This document shows positions 42,600-58,000 of a DNA stretch of 64,000 nucleotides, piece after piece; positions within the stretch are counted from its first letter, which is position 1, and each line of letters starts with the position of its first letter. The notes under the pieces were generated by a model. It saw only the letters and a program-made list of their open reading frames with translations, was not told where the DNA came from and searched no databases. The stretch covers positions 137,950,001 to 138,014,000 of the forward strand of contig OZ024740.1 of the NCBI GenBank assembly GCA_964016885.1, in the 5' to 3' direction. A program made the position numbers and the translations under genes. Origin of the DNA: Eledone cirrhosa (Eukaryota).

Positions 42600-45500
42600 A
42601 ATCTCCAATTCTTTCTTTCTCTTATCACTTTTCTCTCAATCTCCAATTCTTTCTTTCTCTTATCACTTTTCTCTCAATCTCCCATTCTGTCTTTCTCTTA
42701 TCACTTTTCCCCAATCTCCAATTCTCTCTCTCTCATATCACTTTTCTCTCAATCTCCAATTCTCTCTTTCTCTTATCAGTTTTCTCTCAATCTCCAATTC
42801 TCTCTTTCTCTTATCACTTTTCTCTCAATCTCCAATTCTCTCTTTCTTTTATCACTTTTCTCTCAATCTCCAATTCTTTCTTTCTCTTATTACTTTTCTC
42901 TCAATTTCTAATTCTCTCTTTCTCTTATCACTTTTCTTTCAATCTCCAATTCTCTCTTTCTCCTCTCACTTTTCCCCCAATCTCCAATTCTCTCTCTTTC
43001 TCTTATCACTTTTCTCTCAATCTCCAATTCTCTCTCTCTTTTCTCACTTTTCCCCAATCTCCAATTCTCTCTTTCTCTTCACACTTTTCCCCCAATCTCC
43101 AATTCTCTCTTTCTCTCATCAATTTTTTCTATATCTCCAATTCTCTCTTCCTCTTATCAATTTTCTCTTAATCTCCAATTCTCTCTTTCTCTTCTCACTT
43201 TTCCCCCAATCTCCAATTCACTCTTTCTCTTATCACTTTTCTCTCAATCTCCAATTGTCTCTTTCTTTCATCACTTTTCTCTCAATCTCCAATTCTCTCT
43301 TTCTCTTATCACTTTTCTCTCAATCTCCAATTCTCTCTTTCTCTTATCACTTTTCTCTCAATATCTAATTCTCTCTTTCTCTTATCACTTTTCTCTCAAT
43401 CTCCAATTCTCTCTTTCTCTTATCACTTTTCTCTCAATATCTAATTCTCTCTTTCTCTTATCACTTTTCTCTCAATCTCCAATTCTTTCTTTCTCTAATC
43501 ACTTTTCTCTCAATCTCCAATTCTCTCTTTCTCTTATCACTTTTCCCCCAATCTACCATTCTCTCTTTCTCTTATCACTTTTCTTTCAATCTCCAATTCT
43601 CTCCTTCTCTTATCACTTTTCTCTCAATCTCCAATTCTCTCTTTCTCCTCTCACTTTTCCCCCAATCTCCAATTCTCTCTCTTTCTCTTATCACTTTTCT
43701 CTCAATCTCCAATTCTCTCTTTCTTTTCTCACTTTTCCCCCAATCTCCAATTCTCTCTTTCTCTTCACACTTTTCCCCCAATCTGCAATTCTCTCTTTCT
43801 CTCATCAATTTTCTCTATATCTCCAATTCTGTCTTCCTCTTATCATTTTTCTCTCAATCTCCAATTCTCTCTTTCTCTTATCACTTTTCTCTCAATCTCC
43901 AATTCTCTATTTCTCTTATCACTTTCCCCCAATCTCCAATTCTCTCTTTCTCTTATCACTTTTCTCTCAATCTCCAATTCTTTCTTTCTCTTATTACTTT
44001 TCTCTCGATTTCTAATTCTCTCTTTCTCTTATCACTTTTCTTTCAATCTCCAATTCTCTCTTTGTCTTATCACTTTTCTCTCAATCTCCAATTCTCTCTT
44101 TCTCCTCTCACTTTTCCCCCAATCTCCAATTCTCTCTCTTTCTCTTATCACTTTTCCCCCAATCTCCAATTCTCTCTTTATCTTCACACTTTTCCCCCAA
44201 TCTCCAATTCTCGCTTTCTCTCATCAATTTTCTCTATATCTCCAATTCTCTCTTCCTCTTATCAATTTTCTCTTAATCTCCAATTCTCTCTTTCTCTTCT
44301 CACTTTTCCCCCAATCTCCAATTCTCTCTTTCTCTTATCACTTTTCTCTCAATCTCCAATTCTCTCTTTCTTTCATCACTTTTCTCTCAATCTCCAATTC
44401 TCTCTTTCTCTTATCACTTTTCTCTCAATCTCCAATTCTCTCTTTCTTTCATCACTTTTCTCTCAATCTCCAATTCTCTCTTTCTCATATCACTTTTTTC
44501 TCAATCTCCAATTCTCTCTTCTCTAATCGCTTTTCTCTCAATCTCCAATTCTCTCTTTCTCTTATCACTTTTCCCCCAATCTATAATTCTCTCCTTCTAT
44601 TATCACTTTTCTCACAATCTCCAATACTCTCTTTCTCTTATCAATTTTCTCTCAATCTCCAATTCTTTCTTTCTCTTATCACTTTTCTCTCAATCTCCAA
44701 TTCTTTCTTTCTCTTATCACTTTTCTCTCAATCTCCCATTCTGTCTTTCTCTTATCACTTTTCCCCCAATCTCCAATTCTCTCTCTCTCATATCACTTTT
44801 CTCTCAATCTCCAATTCTCTCTTTCTCTTATCATTTTCTCTCAATCTCCAATTCTCTCTTTCTCTTATCACTTTTCTCTCAATCTCCAATTCTCTCTTTC
44901 TCTTATCACTTTTCCTCCAATATCCAATTCTCTCTTTCTCTTATCACTTTTCTCTCAATCTCCAATTCTCTCTTTCTTTTATCACTTTTCTCTCAATCTC
45001 CAATTCTTTCTTTCTCTTATTACTTTTCTCTCAATTTCTAATTCTCTCTTTCTCTTATCACTTTTCTTTCAATCTCCAATTCTCTCTTTCTCTTATCACT
45101 TTTCTCTCAATCTCCAATTCTCTCTTTCTCCTCTCACTTTTCCCCCAATCTCCAATTCTCTCTCTTTCTCTTATCACTTTTCTCTCAATCTCCATTTCTC
45201 TCTTTCTTTTCTCACTTTTCCCCCAATCTCCAATTCTCTCTTTCTCTTCACACTTTCCCCCCAATCTGCAATTCTCTCTTTCTCTCATCAATTTTCTCTA
45301 TATCTCCAATTCTGTCTTCCTCTTATCATTTTTCTCTCAATCTCCAATTCTCTCTTTCTCTTATCACTTTTCTCTCAATCTCCAATTCTCTATTTCTCTT
45401 ATCACTTTTCCCCCAATCTCCAATTCTCTCTTTCTCTTATCACTTTTCTCTCAATCTCCAATTCTTTCTTTCTCTTATTACTTTTCTCTCGATTTCTAAT

Positions 45501-48170
45501 TCTCTCTTTCTCTTATCACTTTTCTTTCAATCTCCAATTCTCTCTTTGTCTTATCACTTTTCTCTCAATCTCCAATTCTCTCTTTCTCCTCTCACTTTTC
45601 CCCCAATCTCCAATTCTCTCTCTTTCTCTTATCACTTTTCCCCCAATCTCCAATTCTCTCTTTATCTTCACACTTTTCCCCCAATCTCCAATTCTCGCTT
45701 TCTCTCATCAATTTTCTCTATATCCTCAATTCTCTCTTCCTCTTATCAATTTTCTCTTAATCTCCAATTCTCTCTTTCTCTTCTCACTTTTCCCCCAATC
45801 TCCAATTCTCTCTTTCTCTTATCACTTTTCTCTCAATCTCCAATTCTCTCTTTCTTTCATCACTTTTCTCTCAATCTCCAATTCTCTCTTTCTCTTATCA
45901 CTTTTCTCTCAATCTCCAATTCTCTCTTTCTTTCATCACTTTTCTCTCAATCTCCAATTCTCTCTTTCTCATATCACTTTTTTCTCAATCTCCAATTCTC
46001 TCTTTCTCTAATCGCTTTTCTCTCAATCTCCAATTCTCTCTTTCTCTTATCACTTTTCCCCCAATCTCCAATTCTCTCCTTCTCTTATCACTTTTCTCAC
46101 AATCTCCAATACTCTCTTTCTCTTATCAATTTTCTCTCAATCTCCAATTCTTTCTTTCTCTTATCACTTTTCTCTCAATCTCCAATTCTTTCTTTCTCTT
46201 ATCACTTTTCTCTCAATCTCCCATTCTGTCTTTCCCTTATCACTTTTCCCCCAATCTCCAATTCTCTCTCTCTCATATCACTTTTCTCTCAATCTCCAAT
46301 TCTCTCTTTCTCTTATCAGTTTTCTCTCAATCTCCAATTCTCTCTTTCTCTTATCACTTTTCTCTCAATCTCCAATTCTCTCTTTCTCTTATCACTTTTC
46401 CTCCAATATCCAATTCTCTCTTTCTCTTATCACTTTTCTCTCAATCTCCAATTCTCTCTTTCTTTTATCACTTTTCTCTCAATCTCCAATTCTTTCTTTC
46501 TCTTATTACTTTTCTCTCAATTTCTAATTCTCTCTTTCTCTTATCACTTTTCTTTCAATCTCCAATTCTCTCTTTCTCTTATCACTTTTCTCTCAATCTC
46601 CAATTCTCTCTTTCTCCTCTCACTTTTCCCCCAATCTCCAATTCTCTCTCTTTCTCTTATCACTTTTCTCTCAATCTCCAATTCTCTCTCTCTTTTCTCA
46701 CTTTTCCCCCAATCTCCAATTCTCTCTTTCTCTTCACACTTTTCCCCCAAACTCCAATTCTCTCTTTCTCTCATCAAATTTTTCTATATCTCCAATTCTC
46801 TCTTCCTCTTATCAATTTTCTCTTAATCTCCAATTCTCTCTTTCTCTTCTCACTTTTCCCCCAATCTCCAATTCACTCTTTCTCTTATCACTTTTCTCTC
46901 AATCTCCAATTGTCTCTTTCTTTCATCACTTTTCTCTCAATCTCCAATTCTCTCTTTCTCTTATCACTTTTCTCTCAATCTCCAATTCTCTCTTTCTCTT
47001 ATCACTTTTCTCTCAATATCTAATTCTCTCTTTCTCTTATCACTTTTCTCTCAATCTCCAATTCTCTCTTTCTCTTATCACTTTTCTCTCAATATCTAAT
47101 TCTCTCTTTCTCTTATCACTTTTCTCTCAATCTCCAATTCTTTCTTTCTCTAATCACTTTTCTCTCAATCTCCAATTCTCTCTTTCTCTTATCACTTTTC
47201 CCCCAATCTACCATTCTCTCTTTCTCTTATCACTTTTCTTTCAATCTCCAATTCTCTCCTTCTCTTATCACTTTTCTCTCAATCTCCAATTCTCTCTTTC
47301 TCCTCTCACTTTTCCCCCAATCTCCAATTCTCTCTCTTTCTCTTATCACTTTTCTCTCAATCTCCAATTCTCTCTTTCTTTTCTCACTTTTCCCCCAATC
47401 TCCAATTCTCTCTTTCTCTTCACACTTTTCCCCCAATCTGCAATTCTCTCTTTCTCTCATCAATTTTCTCTATATCTCCAATTCTGTCTTCCTCTTATCA
47501 TTTTTCTCTCAATCTCCAATTCTCTCTTTCTCTTATCACTTTTCTCTCAATCTCCAATTCTCTATTTCTCTTATCACTTTTCCCCCAATCTCCAATTCTC
47601 TCTTTCTCTTATCACTTTTCTCTCAATCTCCAATTCTTTCTTTCTCTTATTACTTTTCTCTCGATTTCTAATTCTCTCTTTCTCTTATCACTTTTCTTTC
47701 AATCTCCAATTCTCTCTTTGTCTTATCACTTTTCTCTCAATCTCCAATTCTCTCTTTCTCCTCTCACTTTTCCCCCAATCTCCAATTCTCTCTCTTTCTC
47801 TTATCACTTTTCCCCCAATCTCCAATTCTCTCTTTATCTTCACACTTTTCCCCCAATCTCCAATTCTCGCTTTCTCTCATCAATTTTCTCTATATCTCCA
47901 ATTCTCTCTTCCTCTTATCAATTTTCTCTTAATCTCCAATTCTCTCTTTCTCTTCTCACTTTTCCCCCAATCTCCAATTCTCTCTTTCTCTTATCACTTT
48001 TCTCTCAATCTCCAATTCTCTCTTTCTTTCATCACTTTTCTCTCAATCTCCAATTCTCTCTTTCTCTTATCACTTTTCTCTCAATCTCCAATTCTCTCTT
48101 TCTTTCATCACTTTTCTCTCAATCTCCAATTCTCTCTTTCTCATATCACTTTTTTCTCAATCTCCAATTC
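42600..48170. repeat. Nested duplications: 1484-bp and 2172-bp steps (sum 3655-3656 bp)
   Basis: TTTATCTTCACAC (A 44180/45664/47836), AATTGTCTC (G 43257/46912), ORFs 44062/45546/47718 and 43575/45058/47230. Confidence 0.82.
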
Positions 48171-51100
48171 TCTCTTTCTCTTATCACTTTTCTCTCAATC
48201 TCCAATTCTCTCTTTCTCTTATCACTTTTCCCCCAATCTCCAATTCTCTCTTTCTCTTATCACTTTTCTCACAATCTCCAATACTCTCTTTCTCTTATCA
48301 ATTTTCTCTCAATCTCCAATTCTTTCTTTCTCTTATCACTTTTCTCTCAATCTCCAATTCTTTCTTTCTCTTATCACTTTTCTCTCAATCTCCCATTCTG
48401 TCTTTCTCTTATCACTTTTCCCCCAATCTCCAATTCTCTCTTTCTCATATCACTTTTCTCTCAATCTCCAATTCTCTCTCTCTCTTATCAGTTTTCTCTC
48501 AATCTCCAATTCTCTCTTTCTCTTATCACTTTTCTCTCAATCTCCAATTCTCTCTTTCTCTTATCACTTTTCCTCCAATATCCAATTCTCTCTTTCTCTT
48601 ATCACTTTTCTCTCAATCTCCAATTCTCTCTTTCTCTTATCACTTTTCTCTCAATCTCCAATTCTTTCTTTCTCTTATTACTTTTCTCTCAATTTCTAAT
48701 TCTCTCTTTCTCTTATCACTTTTCTTTCAATCTCCAATTCTCTCTTTCTCTTATCACTTTTCTCTCAATCTCCAATTCTCTCTTTCTCCTCTCACTTTTC
48801 CCCCAATCTCCAATTCTCTCTCTTTCTCTTATCACTTTTCTCTCAATCTCCAATTCTCTCTCTCTTTTCTCACTTTTCCCCCAATCTCCAATTCTCTCTT
48901 TCTCTTCACACTTTTCCCCCAATCTCCAATTCTCTCTTTCTCTCATCAATTTTCTCTATATCTCCAATTCTCTCTTCCTCTTATCAATTTTCTCTTAATC
49001 TCCAATTCTCTCTTTCTCTTCTCACTTTTCCCCCAATCTCCAATTCTCTCTTTCTCTTCTCACTTTTCCCCCAATCTCCAATTCTCTCTTTCTCTCATCA
49101 CTTTTCTCTCAATCTCCAATTCTCTCTTTCTCTTATCACTTTTCTCAAAATCTCCAATTCTATCTTTCTCTTCTCACTTTTCTCTCAATCTCCAATCCTC
49201 TCTTTCTGTTATCACTTTTCTCTCAATCTCCAATTATCTCTTTCTCTTATCACTTTTCTCTCAATCTCCAATTCTCTCTTTCTCTTATCACTTTTCTGCC
49301 AATCTCCAATTCTCTCTTTCTCTTATCACTTTACTCTCAATCTCCAATTCTCTCTTTCTCTTATCACTTTTCTCTCAATCTCCAATTCTCTCTTTCTCTT
49401 ATCACTTTTCTCTCAATTTCCAATTCTCTCTTTCTCTTATCACTTTTCTCTCAATCTCCAATTCTCTCTTTCTTTCATCACTTTTCTCTCAATCTCCAAT
49501 TCTCTCTTTCTCATATCACTTTTTTCTCAATCTCCAATTCTCTCTTTCTCTTATCACTTTTCTCTCAATCTCCAATTCTCTCTTTCTCTTATCACTTTTC
49601 CCCCAATCTCCAATTCTCTCTTTCTCTTATCACTTTTCTCACAATCTCCAATACTCTCTTTCTCTTATCAATTTTCTCTCAATCTCCAATTCTTTCTTTC
49701 TCTTATCACTCTTCTCTCAATCTCCAATTCTTTCTTTCTCTTATCACTTTTCTCTCAATCTCCCATTCTGTCTTTCTCTTATCACTTTTCCCCCAATCTC
49801 CAATTCTCTCTTTCTCATATCACTTTTCTCTCAATCTCCAATTCTCTCTTTCTCTTATCAGTTTTCTCTCAATCTCCAATTCTCTCTTTCTCTTATCACT
49901 TTTCTCTCAATCCCCAATTCTCTCTTTCTCTTATCACTTTTCCTCCAATATCCAATTCTCTCTTTCTCTTATCACTTTTCTCTCAATCTCCAATTCTCTC
50001 TTTCTCTTATCACTTTTCTCTTAATCTCCAATTCTTTCTTTCTCTTATTACTTTTCTCTCAATTTCTAATTCTCTCTTTCTCTTATCACTTTTCTTTCAA
50101 TCTCCAATTCTCTCTTTCTCTTATCACTTTTCTCTCAATCTCCAATTCTCTCTTTCTCCTCTCACTTTTCCCCCAATCTCCAATTCTCTCTCTTTCTCTT
50201 ATCACTTTTCTCTCAATCTCCAATTCTCTCTCTCTTTTCTCACTTTTCCCCCAATCTCCAATTCTCTCTTTCTCTTCACACTTTTCCCCCAATCTCCAAT
50301 TCTCTCTTTCTCTCATCAATTTTCTCTATATCTCCAATTCTCTCTTCCTCTTATCAATTTTCTCTTAATCTCCAATTCTCTCTTTCTCTTCTCACTTTTC
50401 CCCCAATCTCCAATTCTCTCTTTCTCTTCTCACTTTTCCCCCAATCTCCAATTCTCTCTTTCTCTCATCACTTTTCTCTCAATCTCCAATTCTCTCTTTC
50501 TCTTATCACTTTTCTCAAAATCTCCAATTCTATCTTTCTCTTCTCACTTTTCTCTCAATCTCCAATCCTCTCTTTCTGTTATCACTTTTCTCTCAATCTC
50601 CAATTATCTCTTTCTCTTATCACTTTTCTCTCAATCTCCAATTCTCTCTTTCTCTTATCACTTTTCTGCCAATCTCCAATTCTCTCTTTCTCTTATCACT
50701 TTACTCTCAATCTCCAATTCTCTCTTTCTCTTATCACTTTTCTCTCAATCTCCAATTCTCTCTTTCTCTTATCACTTTTCTCTCAATTTCCAATTCTCTC
50801 TTTCTCTTATCACTTTTCTCTCAATCTCCAATTCTCTCTTTCTTTCATCACTTTTCTCTCAATCTCCAATTCTCTCTTTCTCATATCACTTTTTTCTCAA
50901 TCTCCAATTCTCTCTTTCTCTTATCACTTTTCTCTCAATCTCCAATTCTCTCTTTCTCTTATCACTTTTCCCCCAATCTCCAATTCTCTCTTTCTCTTAT
51001 CACTTTTCTCACAATCTCCAATACTCTCTTTCTCTTATCAATTTTCTCTCAATCTCCAATTCTTTCTTTCTCTTATCACTTTTCTCTCAATCTCCAATTC

Positions 51101-52119
51101 TTTCTTTCTCTTATCACTTTTCTCTCAATCTCCCATTCTGTCTTTCTCTTATCACTTTTCCCCCAATCTCCAATTCTCTCTTTCTCATATCACTTTTCTC
51201 TCAATCTCCAATTCTCTCTTTCTCTTATCAGTTTTCTCTCAATCTCCAATTCTCTCTTTCTCTTATCACTTTTCTCTCAATCTCCAATTCTCTCTTTCTC
51301 TTATCACTTTTCCTCCAATATCCAATTCTCTCTTTCTCTTATCACTTTTCTCTCAATCTCCAATTCTCTCTTTCTCTTATCACTTTTCTCTCAATCTCCA
51401 ATTCTTTCTTTCTCTTATTACTTTTCTCTCAATTTCTAATTCTCTCTTTCTCTTATCACTTTTCTTTCAATCTCCAATTCTCTCTTTCTCTTATCACTTT
51501 TCTCTCAATCTCCAATTCTCTCTTTCTCCTCTCACTTTTCCCCCAATCTCCAATTCTCTCTCTTTCTCTTATCACTTTTCTCTCAATCTCCAATTCTCTC
51601 TCTCTTTTCTCACTTTTCCCCCAATCTCCAATTCTCTCTTTCTCTTCACACTTTTCCCCCAATCTCCAATTCTCTCTTTCTCTCATCAATTTTCTCTATA
51701 TCTCCAATTCTCTCTTCCTCTTATCAATTTTCTCTTAATCTCCAATTCTCTCTTTCTCTTCTCACTTTTCCCCCAATCTCCAATTCTCTCTTTCTCTTCT
51801 CACTTTTCCCCCAATCTCCAATTCTCTCTTTCTCTCATCACTTTTCTCTCAATCTCCAATTCTCTCTTTCTCTTATCACTTTTCTCAAAATCTCCAATTC
51901 TATCTTTCTCTTCTCACTTTTCTCTCAATCTCCAATCCTCTCTTTCTGTTATCACTTTTCTCTCAATCTCCAATTATCTCTTTCTCTTATCACTTTTCTC
52001 TCAATCTCCAATTCTCTCTTTCTCTTATCACTTTTCTGCCAATCTCCAATTCTCTCTTTCTCTTATCACTTTACTCTCAATCTCCAATTCTCTCTTTCTC
52101 TTATCACTTTTCTCTCAAT
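48049..52119. repeat. Three almost identical tandem copies of a 1370-bp HOR (36 monomers, one of them 40 bp)
   Basis: Identical - strand ORFs at 48716, 50086 and 51456 (each +1370). TCTTTCATCAC at 48101/49471/50841. I noticed only isolated differences (about 48480, 49711, 49913, 50022). 36x38+2=1370. Confidence 0.93.
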
Positions 52120-55099
52120 TTCCAATTCTCTCTTTCTCTTATCACTTTTCTCTCAATCTCTAATTCTCTCTTTCTTTTATCAATTTTCTCTCAATCTCCA
52201 ATTCTTTCTTTCACTCATCACTTTTCTCTCAATCTCCAATTCTCTCTTTCTCTTATCACTTTTCCCCCAATCTACAATTCTCACTTTCTCTTATCACTTT
52301 TTCTCTCAATCTCCAATTCTCTCTTTCTCATATCACTTTTTTCTCAATCTCCAATTCTCTCTTTCTCTTATCACTTTTCTCTCAATCTCCAATTCTCTCT
52401 TTCTCTTATCACTTTTCCCCCAATCTCCAATTCTCTCTTTCTCTTATCACTTTTCTCGCAATCTCCAATACTCTCTTTCTCTTATCAATTTTCTCTCAAT
52501 GTCCAATTCTTTCTTTCTCTTATCACTTTTCTCTCAATCTCCAATTCTTTCTTTCTCTTATCACTTTTCTCTCAATCTCCCATTCTGTCTTTCTCTTATC
52601 ACTTTTCCCCCAATCTCCAATTCTCTCTTTCTCATATCACTTTTCTCTCAATCTCCAATTCTCTCTTTCTCTTATCAGTTTTCTCTCAATCTCCAATTCT
52701 CTCTTTCTCTTATCACTTTTCTCTCAACCTCCAATTCTCTCTTTCTCTTATCACTTTTCTCTCAATCTCCAATTCTTTCTTTCTCTTATTACTTTTCTCT
52801 CAATTTCTAATTCTCTCTTTCTCTTATCACTTTTCTTTCAATCATCAATTCTCTCTTTCTCTTATCACTTTTCTCTCAATCTCCAATTCTCTCTTTCTCC
52901 TCTCACTTTTCTCCCAATCTCCAATTCTCTCTCTTTCTCTTATCACTTTTCTCTCAATCTCCAATTCTCTCTCTCTTTTCTCACTTTTCCCCCAATCTCC
53001 AATTCTCTCTTTCTCTTCACACTTTTCCCCCAATCTGCAATTCTCTCTTTCTCTCATCAATTTTCTCTATATCTCCAATTCTCTCTTCCTCTTATCAATT
53101 TTCTCTTAATCTCCAATTCTCTCTTTCTCTTCTCACTTTTCCCCCAATCTCCAATTCTCTCTTTCTCTTATCACTTTTCTCTCAATCTCCAATTCTCTCT
53201 TTCTCTTATCACTTTTCTCTCAATATCTAATTCTCTCTTTCTCTTATCACTTTTCTCTCAATCTCCAATTCTCTCTTTCTCTTATCACTTTTCTCTCAAT
53301 CTCCAATTCTCTCTTTCTCTTATCACTTTTCTGCCAATCTCCAATTCTCTCTTTCTCTTATCACTTTACTCTCAATCTCAAATTCTCTCTTTCTCTAATC
53401 ACTTTTCTCTCAATCTCCAATTCTCTCTTTCTCTTATCACTTTTCCCCCAATTTACCATTCTCTCTTTCTCTTATCACTTTTCTTTCAATCTCCAATTCT
53501 CTCCTTCTCTTATCACTTTTATCTCAATTTCCAATTCTCTCTTTCTCCTCTCACTTTTCCCCCAATCTCCAATTCTCTCTCTTTCTCTTCACACTTTTCC
53601 CCCAATCTCCAATTCTCTCTTTCTCTCATCAATTTTCTCTATATCTCCAATTCTCTCTTCCTCTTATCAATTTTCTCTTAATCTCCAATTCTCTCTTTCT
53701 CTTCTAACTTTTCCCCCAATCTCCAATTCTCTCTTTCTCTTCTCACTTTTCCCCCAATCTCCAATTCTCTCTTTCTGTCATCACTTTTCTCTCAATCTCC
53801 AATTCTCTCTTTCTCTTATCACTTTTCTCAAAATCTCCAATTCTATCTTTCTCTTCTCACTTTTCTCTCAATCTCCAATCCTCTCTTTCTGCTATCACTT
53901 TTCTCTCAATCTCCAATTATCTCTTTCTCTTATCACTTTTCTGCCAATCTCCAATTCTCTCTTTCTCTTATCACTTTACTCTCAATCTCCAATTCTCTCT
54001 TTCTCTTATCACTTTTCTCTCAATTTCCAATTCTCTCTTTCTCTTATCACTTTTCTCTCAATCTCTAATTCTCTCTTTCTTTTATCAATTTTCTCTCAAT
54101 CTCCAATTCTTTCTTTCTCTAATCACTTTTCTCTCAATCTCCAATTCTCTCTTTCTCTTATCACTTTTCCCCCAATCTACAATTCTCACTTTCTCTTATC
54201 ACTTTTTCTCTCAATCTCCAATTCTCTCTTTCTCATATCACTTTTTTCTCAATCTCCAATTCTCTCTTTCTCTTATCACTTTTCCCCCAATCTCCAATTC
54301 TCTCTTTCTCTTATCACTTTTCTCACAATCTCCAATACTCTCTTCCTCTTATCAATTTCTCTTAATCTCCAATTCTCTCTTTCTCTTCTCACTTTTCCCC
54401 CAATCTCCAATCCTCTCTTTCTCTTCTCACTTTTCCCCAATCTCCAATTCTCTCTTTCTCTCATCACTTTTCTCTCAATCTCCAATTCTCTCTTTCTCTT
54501 ATCACTTTTCTCAAAATCTCCAATTCTATCTTTCTCTTCTCACTTTTCTCTCAATCTCCAATCCTCTCTTTCTTTCATCAATTTTCTCTCAATCTCCAAT
54601 TATTTCTTTCTCTTATCACTTTTCTCTCAATCTCCAATTCTCTCTTTCTCTTATCACTTTTCTGCCATCTCCAATTCTCTCTTTCTCTTATCACTTTACT
54701 CTCAATCTCCAATTCTCTCTTTCTCTTATCACTTTTCTCTCAATTTCCAATTCTCTCTTTCTCTTATCACTTTTCTGCCATCACCAATTCTCTCTTTCTC
54801 TTCTCACTTTTCTCTCAATCTCCAATCCTCTCTTTCTTTCATCAATTTTCTCTCAATCTCCAATTATTTCTTTCTCTTATCACTTTTCTCTCAATCTCCA
54901 ATTCTCTCTTTCTCTTATCACTTTTCTGCCATCTCCAATTCTCTCTTTCTCTTATCACTTTACTCTCAATCTCCAATTCTCTCTTTCTCTTATCACTTTT
55001 CTCTCAATTTCCAATTCTCTCTTTCTCTTATCACTTTTCTCTCAATTTCCAATTCTCTCTTTCTCTTATCACTTTTCTCTCAATCTCCAATTCTTTCTT

Positions 55100-58000
55100 T
55101 CTCTAATCACTTTTCTCTCAATCTCCAATTCTTTCTTTCTCTTATCACTTTTCTCTCAATCTCCCATTCTGTCTTTCTCTTATCACTTTTCCCCCAATCT
55201 CCAATTCTCTCTCTCTCATATCACTTTTCTCTCAATCTCCAATTCTCTCTTTCTCTTATCAGTTTTCTCTCAATCTCCAATTCTCTCTTTCTCTTATCAC
55301 TTTTCTCTCAATCTCCAATTCTCTCTTTCTCTTATCACTTTTCCTCCAATATCCAATTCTCTCTTTCTCTTATCACTTTTCTCTCAATCTCCAATTCTCT
55401 CTTTCTTTTATCACTTTTCTCTCAATCTCCAATTCTTTCTTTCTCTTATTACTTTTCTCTCAATTTCTAATTCTCTCTTTCTCTTATCACTTTTCTTTCA
55501 ATCTCCAATTCTCTCTTTCTCTTATCACTTTTCTCTCAATCTCCAATTCTCTCTTTCTCCTCTCACTTTTCCCCCAATCTCCAATTCTCTCTCTTTCTCT
55601 TATCACTTTTCTCTCAATCTCCAATTCTCTCTCTCTTTTCTCACTTTTCCCCCAATCTCCAATTCTCTCTTTCTCTTCACACTTTTCCCCCAATCTCCAA
55701 TTCTCTCTTTCTCTCATCAATTTTTTCTATATCTCCAATTCTCTCTTCCTCTTATCAATTTTCTCTTAATCTCCAATTCTCTCTTTCTCTTCTCACTTTT
55801 CCCCCAATCTCCAATTCACTCTTTCCCTTATCACTTTTCTCTCAATCTCCAATTGTCTCTTTCTTTCATCACTTTTCTCTCAATCTCCAATTCTCTCTTT
55901 CTCTTATCACTTTTCTCTCAATCTCCAATTCTCTCTTTCTCTTATCACTTTTCTCTCAATATCTAATTCTCTCTTTCTCTTATCACTTTTCTCTCAATCT
56001 CCAATTCTCTCTTTCTCTTATCACTTTTCTCTCAATATCTAATTCTCTCTTTCTCTTATCACTTTTCTCTCAATCTCCAATTCTTTCTTTCTCTAATCAC
56101 TTTTCTCTCAATCTCCAATTCTCTCTTTCTCTTATCACTTTTCCCCCAATCTACCATTCTCTCTTTCTCTTATCACTTTTCTTTCAATCTCCAATTCTCT
56201 CCTTCTCTTATCACTTTTCTCTCAATCTCCAATTCTCTCTTTCTCCTCTCACTTTTCCCCCAATCTCCAATTCTCTCTCTTTCTCTTATCACTTTTCTCT
56301 CAATCTCCAATTCTCTCTTTCTTTTCTCACTTTTCCCCCAATCTCCAATTCTCTCTTTCTCTTCACACTTTTCCCCCAATCTGCAATTCTCTCTTTCTCT
56401 CATCAATTTTCTCTATATCTCCAATTCTGTCTTCCTCTTATCATTTTTCTCTCAATCTCCAAATCTCTCTTTCTCTTATCACTTTTCTCTCAATCTCCAA
56501 TTCTCTATTTCTCTTATCACTTTTCCCCCAATCTCCAATTCTCTCTTTCTCTTATCACTTTTCTCTCAATCTCCAATTCTTTCTTTCTCTTATTACTTTT
56601 CTCTCGATTTCTAATTCTCTCTTTCTCTTATCACTTTTCTTTCAATCTCCAATTCTCTCTTTGTCTTATCACTTTTCTCTCAATCTCCAATTCTCTCTTT
56701 CTCCTCTCACTTTTCCCCCAATCTCCAATTCTCTCTCTTTCTCTTATCACTTTTCCCCCAATCTCCAATTCTCTCTTTATCTTCACACTTTTCCCCCAAT
56801 CTCCAATTCTCGCTTTCTCTCATCAATTTTCTCTATATCTCCAATTCTCTCTTCCTCTTATCAATTTTCTCTTAATCTCCAATTCTCTCTTTCTCTTCTC
56901 ACTTTTCCCCCAATCTCCAATTCTCTCTTTCTCTTATCACTTTTCTCTCAATCTCCAATTCTCTCTTTCTTTCATCACTTTTCTCTCAATCTCCAATTCT
57001 CTCTTTCTCTTATCACTTTTCTCTCAATCTCCAATTCTCTCTTTCTTTCATCACTTTTCTCTCAATCTCCAATTCTCTCTTTCTCATATCACTTTTTTCT
57101 CAATCTCCAATTCTCTCTTTCTCTTATCACTTTTCTCTCAATCTCCAATTCTCTCTTTCTCTTATCACTTTTCCCCCAATCTCCAATTCTCTCTTTCTCT
57201 TATCACTTTTCTCACAATCTCCAATACTCTCTTTCTCTTATCAATTTTCTCTCAATCTCCAATTCTTTCTTTCTCTTATCACTTTTCTCTCAATCTCCAA
57301 TTCTTTCTTTCTCTTATCACTTTTCTCTCAATCTCCCATTCTGTCTTTCTCTTATCACTTTTCCCCCAATCTCCAATTCTCTCTTTCTCATATCACTTTT
57401 CTCTCAATCTCCAATTCTCTCTTTCTCTTATCAGTTTTCTCTCAATCTCCAATTCTCTCTTTCTCTTATCACTTTTCTCTCAATCTCCAATTCTCTCTTT
57501 CTCTTATCACTTTTCCTCCAATATCCAATTCTCTCTTTCTCTTATCACTTTTCTCTCAATCTCCAATTCTCTCTTTCTCTTATCACTTTTCTCTCAATCT
57601 CCAATTCTTTCTTTCTCTTATTACTTTTCTCTCAATTTCTAATTCTCTCTTTCTCTTATCACTTTTCTTTCAATCTCCAATTCTCTCTTTCTCTTATCAC
57701 TTTTCTCTCAATCTCCAATTCTCTCTTTCTCCTCTCACTTTTCCCCCAATCTCCAATTCTCTCTCTTTCTCTTATCACTTTTCTCTCAATCTCCAATTCT
57801 CTCTCTCTTTTCTCACTATTCCCCCAATCTCCAATTCTCTCTTTCTCTTCACACTTTTCCCCCAATCTCCAATTCTCTCTTTCTCTCATCAATTTTCTCT
57901 ATATCTCCAATTCTCTCTTCCTCTTATCAATTTTCTCTTAATCTCCAATTCTCTCTTTCTCTTCTCACTTTTCCCCCAATCTCCAATTCTCTCTTTCTCT

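Noticed and set aside
48795-49075. G-quadruplex or i-motif from clustered CCCCC variants
   Set aside because: The C5 runs are separated by at least 33 nt, too long for a typical stable intramolecular structure.
449-57941. Long + strand ORFs (up to 610 aa) rich in S/L/F that resemble membrane proteins
   Set aside because: They are translations of the repeat. Overlapping frames give the same peptide, starts come from sporadic G variants, and there are many frameshifting indels and no domain or gene context.
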